A DNA stretch of 64,000 nt, taken from assembly GCA_964187785.1 (NCBI GenBank), contig OZ076409.1, positions 12,710,001-12,774,000 on the forward strand. The letters run 5' to 3'. The notes below the pieces were generated by a model, which was not told the origin of the DNA, made no database searches, and saw only the letters and a program-made list of their open reading frames with translations. The position numbers and the translations under genes were made by a program. The stretch comes from Amphiscolops sp. MND2022 (lineage: Eukaryota). Of the stretch, positions 12,241 through 21,409 are shown in pieces. Position 1 is the stretch's first letter, and each line of letters begins with the position of its first letter.

Positions 12241-13521
12241 CATCCTTCTCCTGCAATGGAAGCTGAGTTCATACGAAAAATTTCGAGGCACGCTAATTAC
12301 TCATACAGCATGGAACTGCTGTGGTCACAGTCGCGTAGACGAATTAGGAATAAGTCGAGACGGAGAAAAATTTCGACTGATTGGAGCCAACATCTTTAAT
12401 GACTTGAAATTTTACATTGAAAATATTGACTTTGTTTTTTGAATTTTTCTAATCGGAAATACGCCTTTCACTTTGTTTTTAATGATTGCTTCCTTGATCT
12501 GATGACTTGTTCTTTTAACTTCTGATTGTCGAATTTAATTTGTGTTCATAAATCAATTGAATCGTGAGTTTCAAGTCGATACTTTTAGTGTTGCGAATCA
12601 GTTTAGGTCCATTTCTTCCAGAATGTTTTTGCTTCTTTGAAAAAGCAGTTTGTTCCATCTGAAATTCAAATAAAATGGCCTAAAAATGCCATTTGGAACA
12701 TGAAACCAGAGTCGATGCTTTTGAGGTTTCATTACTTTGGAGCTGGTACTTTGGTATGAGAAAATTAAAACAATCTTTTTGAAATTTTCCAATCAGTAAG
12801 ACTTCATTCACCTTGTTCTTAACGCTTCCTTGATCCTATAGCTCGTTCTTTCTTCTTTAGTTGATTGCCAAAGTTGATTTGTGTTAATAAAACGAATGAA
12901 TCCTGAATTTGAAGTCAATGCTTTTAGGGTTTGATCAAGTTTAGGTTTTTCCTTTCAGGATGTTTTTGTTTCTCTGAAAAGGCAGTTTCTTCCATTTGAA
13001 ATTCAAATAAAAATTCCCTAGGAAGGCTATTTGAAACATGAAATCAGAGTCGATGCTTTTGAGGTTTAGTTACTTTGGAGTGGTCATCTGGTTAGAAGTT
13101 TCAAGTATGCATTTCATCACGCTGTCGCTACTGCAGATCGGTTTTTGCGAAGATTCTGTCAAAATATTCGTTTCTGATTTTTCCACTGTGTGAAAATAAC
13201 TTGAAAGTGTTTGAAATATCGCCCCCGATGCGCGGCTAGAGTTAAAGGTAACCGCTAATTTCTTTGAACTTCAAGTAAAAAGGACACATGACACCCAATG
13301 GAAATGGAGCTTACATTGCAGCTGATACTTTGGTTTGAGCTTTCAATTTTTTGAAGTACATAGTTCTGAAGTGGTACTAAATCTTAGCGCATTACTCTAG
13401 ACTCGAGTCATTTTTTCCATTAGATCTCATGTGTCCTTTTCAGCAAAACATTGATGCATACCAGTTTTATTTGCCTCCCTTCAACTAGAATAAGAATTGC
13501 GCGAATGACAATTCATAGTGG

Positions 13522-15009
13522 ATGTTTCAGATTCCTTCTTCTGCTATGGAAAATATTTTCAAAAAAGGAAGACGAGTGCCTGGGATTTCTCTGCCTTTCT
13601 CCCGGTCGGAGAAAAGTACTAAATTTCTTTTCTTTCAAGAAGACAGTACTTACGAAGTGATAAATTTGAATAGTACAATGTGGCCGAAGGATTTCACTGT
13701 GGAGAGGAAACTGTCTCTTTGCCGCGGAGATATTGTGGATCTTTGCTGGGAAGGCCGGAATTACAGTGGCCTGATTGTTGAAAAAAGTGACGACCTGCCG
13801 AGCCTGGAAGCGAAAATGCGGGAGTTGAAGAAGAAAATCAGCTCTCGCCGCTCAGAAAATCAATGCGCTCCAGATTCCCAGATGCAATCAGTTCTTAATG
13901 TCAGTATGGCCTCAGCTGTCGAAACAGGACTTCCTGGTGTTTCACTAACAATCGGTAATCAACAGGAGGCATCTTATTGCACGCCTGATATGAAGAGGAG
14001 GAGAGAGAGCGACTCTGATGCCAGCGATGAAGAGGAAATTGCGTGTTCCGTTGCTGGTGAACTTTTGTTGGTTGTTTATTCTCTTGCATTTTGACCAGCA
14101 TTTCTTTCTAGTGTCTGGTTCTTCCAACAGCAAGGCGATGAAAAACAAAGCTAGTGATCTTCAATCAGAAACGCTCGAGGTTCTGGAAAGAATTTGCAAA
14201 TCTCTAGATAAAACCAGGAAAGCAGCGCAGACAGCGACTACCTTTTGAGAAGTTCTCGTCAACATTACGTCAAATCAACACACAATTCACCCCACAAACA
14301 GGGTTGGCGACATGGATATTCCATCCGAAACGGAGTCCTTTTAACAAAGCGCTGGTTCCTACGCAAGATCAAACTTTCAAGCGATCTTTTAATCAACGTT
14401 GGATGGTTTTTCGCATCAATTTTTGAATAAGTCTAGAATGGTTTTCGACTTCAGACGTAAAAAGGGCGAAGGTTGGATAAAGTTTATAAAGTAAAACAAT
14501 TGAAAAACCACAGTTTTGCTTTCGGTGAGAAAGACAGTCAAATGGTAGCATTTTCTAAAAATTTTTCCTGGACCTCAGAATTGTTCTTGGATGACTGAAA
14601 TAAAAATTTAATGCGAGGGATTGGACGTTAATTGACAACCCTTGTCAACAAGCCCTATCACTCCTGGATCGAGTAGCAGTAACACGCCGATCAGTTCTGT
14701 CAGATCTGTGATGTACAACGGGAAAACCTTCTGTTACTAACTGGCGGCCAGGTCGGTAAGTTTGCGGTGAATGTCGCTCGGACGTTGTTTTCGGACGACG
14801 ATCTGATGTACCAGCTGTTATCACCACAGAAGGACGTGAGCATGCGGGCAAAAATGGACCCTGAGAAGGTCCGTCTCATCAAAGATTGCATAGCCGAAAG
14901 GTTCCCTGATGAGTGACATGGAGCTCGAGAAGCTGTCAGTCAACACGACCGGGATATTAAAAGCGGCAAAGTAAAACGACAACCTCTCTCTGATGTGAGA
15001 AACAAATGA
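13522..15009 (+). pseudogene. Transposon ORF2 copy 1: Tudor/SH3-like N-terminus, coiled coil and C-terminal BEN domain
   Basis: ORF 13522-14056 (GDIVDLCWEGRNYSGLIVEKSDD), a 55-nt GT-AG intron (14057-14111), in-frame exon to TGA 14248. BEN core ENLLLLTGGQVGKFAVNVARTLFSDDDL...KMDPEKVRLIKDCIAERFP at ~14720-15009 with a frameshift and an in-frame TGA. Confidence 0.7.
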
Positions 15010-15017
15010 GGAGACCT

Positions 15018-15410
15018 GTTCATCAACCCTTGATATCTTTGAAAAACTTATTCCAAATAACTCTTCGAAAGTGTTGATCTTCCAAGTCTTTGCTCATATA
15101 TATCAACTTTCCTGTGAAAACAAAGCTTGATGCATAATTCTTAGGGTTTGATTAAGTTCAGGTATTTCTCTTTCAGGATGTTTTTGCTTCTTTGAAAAGG
15201 CAGTTCCTTCTATCTAAAGCTCAAATAAAAATGCCCTAGAAAGGCCATTTGAAACATGAAACCAGAGTCGATGCTTTTGAGGTTTAGTTACTTTGGAGCT
15301 GGTACTTTGGTTGAATGTTTCAAGTTTGCATTTCATCACGCTGTCGCTACTGCAGATGGGTTTTTGCGAAGATTCTGTCAAAATATTCGTTTCTGATTTT
15401 TCCACTGTGT
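15018..15410 (+). repeat. Shared ~400-bp spacer A (copies ~15018, 17241, 18951, 20661, 25509; diverged partial copies 12520-13195)
   Basis: TTCATGAACCCTTGATATCTTTGAAAAACTTATTCC...CATCACGCTGTCGCTACTGCAGAT...CACTGTGTGAAAAT precedes every module. Confidence 0.92.
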
Positions 15411-15727
15411 GAAAATAACTTGAAAGTGTTTGAAATATCGGCTAGAGTTAAAGGTAACCGCTAATTTCTTTGAACTTCAAGTAAAAAGGACACATGACAC
15501 CCAATGGAAATGGAGCTTACATTGCAGCTAATACTTTGGTTTGAGTTTTCAATTTTTTGAAGTACATAGTTCTGACGTGGTACTAAATCTTAGCGCATTA
15601 CTCTAGACTCGAGTCATTTTTTCCATTAGACCTCATGTGTCCTTTTCAGCAAAACATTGGTGCATACCAGTTTTATTTGCCTCCTTTCAACTAGAAAAAG
15701 ATTTGCGCGAATGATAATTGATAGTGG

Positions 15728-16201
15728 ATGTTTCAGATTCCTTCTTCTGCTATGGAAAATATTTTCAAAAAAGGAAGACGAGTGCCTGGGATTTCTCTGC
15801 ATCTCTCCCAGTCGGAGAAAAGTACTAAATTTCTTATCTTCTTTCAAGGAGACAGAACTTACGAAGTGATAAATTTGAATAGTACAATGTGGCCGAAGGA
15901 TTTCACTGTGGAGAGGAAACTGTCTCTCTGCCGCGGAGATATTGTGGATCTTTGCTGGGAAGGCCGGAATTTCAGTGGCCTGATTGTTGAAAAAAGTGAC
16001 GACCTGCCGAGCCTGGAAGCGAAAATGCGGGAGTTGAAGAAGAAAATCAGCTCTCGCCGCTCAGAACATCAATGCGCTCCAGATTCCCAGATGCAATCAG
16101 TTCTTAATGTCAGTATGGCCTCAGCTGTCGAAACTGGACTTCCTGGTGTTTCACCAACAATCGGTGATCAACAGGAGGCATCTTATTGCACGCCTGATAT
16201 G

Positions 16202-16246
<45 letters not shown>

Positions 16247-17232
16247 CTCTGATGCCAGCGATGAAGAGGAAATTGCGTGTTCCGTTGCTGGTGAATTTTT
16301 GTTGGTTGTCACTGTTTATTCTCTTGCATTTTGACCAGCATTTCTTTCTAGTGTCTGGTTCTTCCAACAGCAAGGCAATGAAAAACAAGGCTAGAGATCT
16401 TCAATCAGAAACGCTCGAGGTTCTGAAAAGAATTTGCAAATCTCTAGATAAAACCAGGAAAGCAGCGCCGACAGCGACTACCTTTTGAGAAGTTCTCGTC
16501 AACATTACGTCAAGTCAACACACAATTCACCCCACAAACAGGGTTGGCGACAGAATATTCCATCCGAAACGAAGTCCTTTTAACAAAGCGCTGATCAAAC
16601 TTTCAAGCGATCTTTTAATCAACTTTGGATGGTTTTTCGCATCAATTTTTGAATAAGTCTAGAATGATTTTCGACTTCAGACGTAAAAAGGGCGAAGGTT
16701 GGATAAAGTTTATAAAGTAAAACAATTGAAAAACCACAGTTTTGCTTTCGGTGAGAAAGAGTCAAATGGTAGCATTTTTTAAAAATATCTCCTGGACCTC
16801 AGAATTGTTCTTGGATGACTGAAAAAAAATTTAATGCGAGGGATTGGACGTTAACTGACAACCCTTGTCAACAAGCCCTATCACTCCTGGATCGATTAGC
16901 AGTAGCACGCCGATCAGTTCTGTCAGATCTGTGATGTAACACGGGAAAACCTTCTGTTACTTACTGGCGGCCAGGTCAGTAAGTTTGCGGTGAATGTCGC
17001 TCGGACGTTGTTTTCGGACGACGATCTGATGCACCAGCTGTTATCACCACAAAAGGACGTGAGCATGCGGGCAAAAATGGACCATGAGAAGGTCCGTCTC
17101 ATCAAAGATTGCATAGCCGAAAGGTTTCCTGATGAGTGACATGGAGCTCGAGAAGCTGTCAGCCAACACGACCGGGATATTAAAAGCGGCAAAGTAAAAC
17201 GACAACCTCTCTCTGATGTGAGAAACAAATGA
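15728..17232 (+). pseudogene. Transposon ORF2 copy 2 (Tudor-like/BEN)
   Basis: Tandem duplicate of 13522-15009 at ~2.22-kb period; (GA)18 expansion at 16207-16242 shifts the frame; same TGA in BEN. Confidence 0.7.
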
Positions 17233-18037
17233 GGAGACCTGTTCATGAACCCTTGATATCTTTGAAAAACTTATTCCAAATAACTGTTCGAAAGTGTTGA
17301 TCTTCCAAGTCTTTGCTCATATATATCAACTTTCCTGTGAAAACAAAGCTTGATGCATAATTCTTAGGGTTTGATTAAGTTCAGGTATTTCTCTTTCAGG
17401 ATGTTTTTGCTTCTTTGAAAAGGCAGTTTCTTCTATCTAAAGCTCAAATAAAAATGCCCTAGAAAAGCTATTTGAAACATGAAACCAGAGTCGATGCTTT
17501 TGAGGTTTAGTTACTTTGGAGCTGGTACTTTGGTTGAATGTTTCAAGTTTGCATTTCATCACGCTGTCGCTACTGCAGATGGGTTTTTGCGAAGAATCTG
17601 TCAAAATATTCGTTTCTGATTTGAATATTCATTCTTCCACTGTGTGAAAATAACTTGAAAGTGTTTGAAAAATCACCCCCATGCGCGGTTAGAGTTAAAC
17701 GTAAACGCTAATTTCTTTGAACTTTTAGTGAAAATGACACAAGACACCCAAGGGAAAAAATTGCTCGAGTGTAGAGTAATGGGCTATGATTTAGTACTTT
17801 TTTGAGAACTACGTACTTCAAACAAGTGGAAGCTTTTGAGGTTTCATTGCTTTAGAGCTGATCTTTTGGTAGGAGTTCCTTGCTACTAAAACCCTTCGAA
17901 ATGTCTTTGTCTTTAACTAAAAGCATTCTAACTGTTACGGTCGGTTTTGTGGATGAGTTTTGGGAGTGTTTCTAACAGACTTTTAGCTTCAGTTGGATCC
18001 ACGGAAATGAATTTCACTTGGCAACAATTAGCAGATT

Positions 18038-18942
18038 TTGACTCGAAAATCACAGCGTCCTTGCTTGATAGACTCTTGTCGCAGTCACAAAGTTACTCCT
18101 GTTCCTGATCCTCGGATATTAAACAAAAAACTCTATACTTCTATGAAATGCTGTTATTCTTCGGCTATGGAAAAAGTATCTTTTCAACCATTGGAGCAGA
18201 GCTTGGTTCGAGATTCAAATTACACTAGCTTCGGCGTGTTTGCGAAAGTAGTCCTCGATAATAATAGTGTTATTGCCGGTCTTGTCCGTTGCCTTGCTCC
18301 AATATCAGAGAGCGAGATCATCGACGGAGTGAATGATTTCTCAATTTTCCGAAGCAACACGAGAAGGAAAGGGAGCAAAATGATGCTTGGTCCTGGTTCT
18401 TTCATCAAATTCTGCTGCAAGCACAATTGCATCTATGACTTCGATAGAAAGACGAATCAACTGCGCATAAAGGTATTCAAGAAAGGTGGTATACAACCTG
18501 GGGAAGAAGTTACTGTCAAGTATGCCGATGATTACTTCGGAGAAAAATCAATTTTTTGTTGTTGTCCTTTTACCGAGTATTATGGGAAAATAGCTCCTGG
18601 ATCGATTAGCAGTAGCACGCCGATCAGTTCTGTCAGATCTGTGATGTAACACGGGAAAACCTTCTGTTACTTACTGGCGGCCAGGTCAGTAAGTTTGCGG
18701 TGAATGTCGCTCGGACGTTGTTTTCGGACGACGATCTGATGCACCAGCTGTTATCACCACAAAAGGACGTGAGCATGCGGGCAAAAATGGACCCTGAGAA
18801 GGTCCGTCTCATCAAAGATTGCATAGCCGAAAGGTTCCCTGATGAGTCACATGGAGCTCGAGAAGCTGTCAGTCAACACGACCGGGATATTAAAAGCGGC
18901 AAAGTAAAACGACAACCTCTCTCTGATGTGAGAAACAAATGA
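18038..18942 (+). pseudogene. Chimeric module 3: Suv4-20-like SET ORF (18038-18649) joined to a BEN segment (to 18942)
   Basis: 203-aa ORF with IAGLVRCLAPISESE, NDFSIFRS, LGPGSFI, IQPGEEVTVKYADDYFG and CCCP. Junction CTC at 18594-18596; BEN core 18700-18942 is open (TCA instead of TGA). Confidence 0.8.
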
Positions 18943-19709
18943 GGAGACCTGTTCATGAACCCTTGATATCTTTGAAAAACTTATTCCAAATAACTCTTCG
19001 AAAGTGTTGATCTTCCAAGTCTTTGCTCATATATATCAACTTTCCTGTGAAAACAAAGCTTGATGCATAATTCTTAGGGTTTGATTAAGTTCAGGTATTT
19101 CTCTTTCAGGATGTTTTTGCTTCTTTGAAAAGGCAGTTTCTTCTATCTAAAGCTCAAATAAAAATGCCCTAGAAAGGCTATTTGAAACATGAAACCAGAG
19201 TCGATGCTTTTGAGGTTTAGTTACTTTGGAGCTGGTACTTTGGTTGAATGTTTCAAGTTTGCATTTCATCACGCTGTCGCTACTGCAGATGGGTTTTTGC
19301 GAAGAATCTGTCAAAATATTCGTTTCTGATTTGAATATTCATTCTTCCACTGTGTGAAAATAACTTGAAAGTGTTTGAAAAATCACCCCCATGCGCGGTT
19401 AGAGTTAAACGTAAACGCTAATTTCTTTGAACTTTTAGTGAAAATGACACAAGACACCCAAGGGAAAAAATTGCTCGAGTGTAGAGTAATGGGCTATGAT
19501 TTAGTACTTTTTTGAGAACTACGTACTTCGAACAAGTGGAAGCTTTTGAGGTTTCATTGCTTTAGAGCTGATCTTTTGGTAGGAGTTCCTTGCTACTAAA
19601 ACCCTTCGAAATGTCTTTGTCTTTAACTAAAAGCATTCTAACTGTTACGGTCTGTTTTGTGGATGAGTTTTGGGAGTGTTTCTAACAGACTTTTAGCTTC
19701 AGTTGGATC

Positions 19710-20652
19710 CATGGAAATGAATTTCACTTGGCAACAATTAGCAGATTTTGACTCGAAAATCACAGCGTCCTTGCTTGATAGACTCTTGTCGCAGTCACAA
19801 AGTTACTCCTGTTCCTGATCGTCGGATATTAAACAAAAAACTCTATACTCCTATGAAATGCTGTTATTCTTCGGCTATGGAAAAAGTATCTTTTCAACCA
19901 TTGGAGCAGAGCTTGGTTCGAGATTCAAATTACACTAGCTTCGGCGTGTTTGCGAAAGTAGTCCTCGATAATAATAATAGTGTTATTGCCGGTCTTGTCC
20001 GTTGCCTTGCTCCAATATCAGAGAGCGAGATCATCGACGGAGTGAATGATTTCTCAATTTTCCGAAGCAACACGAGAAGGAAAGGGAGCAAAATGATGCT
20101 TGGTCCTGGTTCTTTCATCAAATTCTGCTGCAAGCACAATTGCATCTATGACTTCGATAGAAAGACGAATCAACTGCGCATAAATGTATTCAAGAAAGGT
20201 GGTATACAACCTGGGGAAGAAGTTACTGTCAAGTATGCCGATGATTACTTCGGAGAAAAATCAATTTTTTGTTGTCCTTTTACCGAGTATCATGGGAAAA
20301 TAGCTCCTGGATCGATTAGCAGTAGCACGCCGATCAGTTCTGTCAGATCTGTGATGTAACACGGGAAAACCTTCTGTTACTTACTGGCGGCCAGGTCAGT
20401 AAGTTTGCGGTGATCGTCGCTCGGACGTTGTTTTCGGACGACGATCTGATGCACCAGCTGTTATCACCACAAAAGGACGTGAGCATGCGGGCAAAAATGG
20501 ACCCTGAGAAGGTCCGTCTCATCAAAGATTGCATAGCCGAAAGGTTCCCTGATGAGTCACATGGAGCTCGAGAAGCTGTCAGTCAACACGACCGGGATAT
20601 TAAAAGCGGAAAAGTAAAACGACAACTTCTCTCTGATGTGAGAAACAAATGA
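19710..20652 (+). pseudogene. Chimeric module 4: Suv4-20-like SET ORF (19748-20359) joined to a BEN segment (to 20652)
   Basis: Near-identical to module 3 at 1710-bp period; junction CTC at 20304-20306. Confidence 0.8.
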
Positions 20653-21409
20653 GGAAACCTGTTCATGAACCCTTGATATCTTTGAAAAACTTATTCCAAA
20701 TAACTCTTCGAAAGTGTTGATCTTCCAAGTCTTTGCTCATATATATCAACTTTCCTGTGAAAACAAAGCTTGATACATAATTCTTAGGGTTTGATTAAGT
20801 TCAGGTATTTCTCTTTCAGGATGTTTTTGCTTCTTTGAAAAGGCAGTTTCTTCTCTCTAAAGTTAAAAAAATGTCAGAAAGGCTATTTGAAACATGAAAC
20901 CAGAGTCGATGCTTTTGAGGTTTAGTTATTTTGGAGATGGTACTTTTGTTGAATGTTTCAAGTTTGCATTTCATCACGCTGTCGCTACTGCAGATCGGTT
21001 TCTGCGAAGAATCTGTCAAAATATTCGTTTCGGATTTGAATATTCATTCTTCCAATGTGTGAAAATAACTTGAAAGTGTTTGAAATATCACCCCCATGCG
21101 CGGTTAGAGTTAAACGTAACCGCTAATTTCTTTGAACTTTTAGTGAAAATGACACAAGACACCCAAGGGAAAAAATTGCTCGAGTGTAGAGTAATGGGCT
21201 ATGATTTAGTACTTTTTTGAGAACTACGTACTTCAAACAAGTGGAAGCTTTTGAGGTTTCATTGCTTTAGAGCTGATCTTTTGGTAGGAGTTCCTTGCTA
21301 CTAAAACCCTTCGAAACGTCTTTGACTAAAAGCATTCTAACTGTTACGGTCTGTTTTGTGGATGAGTTTTGGGAGTGTTTCTAACAGACTTTTAGCTTCA
21401 GTTGGATCC

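Noticed and set aside
14913-14915. In-frame TGA in BEN as selenocysteine or readthrough
   Set aside because: Sister copies have TCA (Ser) at the same site; a simple nonsense mutation is more likely.
15403-15411. CACTGTGTG in spacer A and CTGTGGG at ~24513-24523 as CACTA TIRs
   Set aside because: No matching partner end or TSD found; homology continues on both sides of the spacer motif.
14645-20534. Minus-strand ORFs such as MQSLMRRTF... and MQLCLQQ...
   Set aside because: Antisense shadows of the BEN and SET coding frames.
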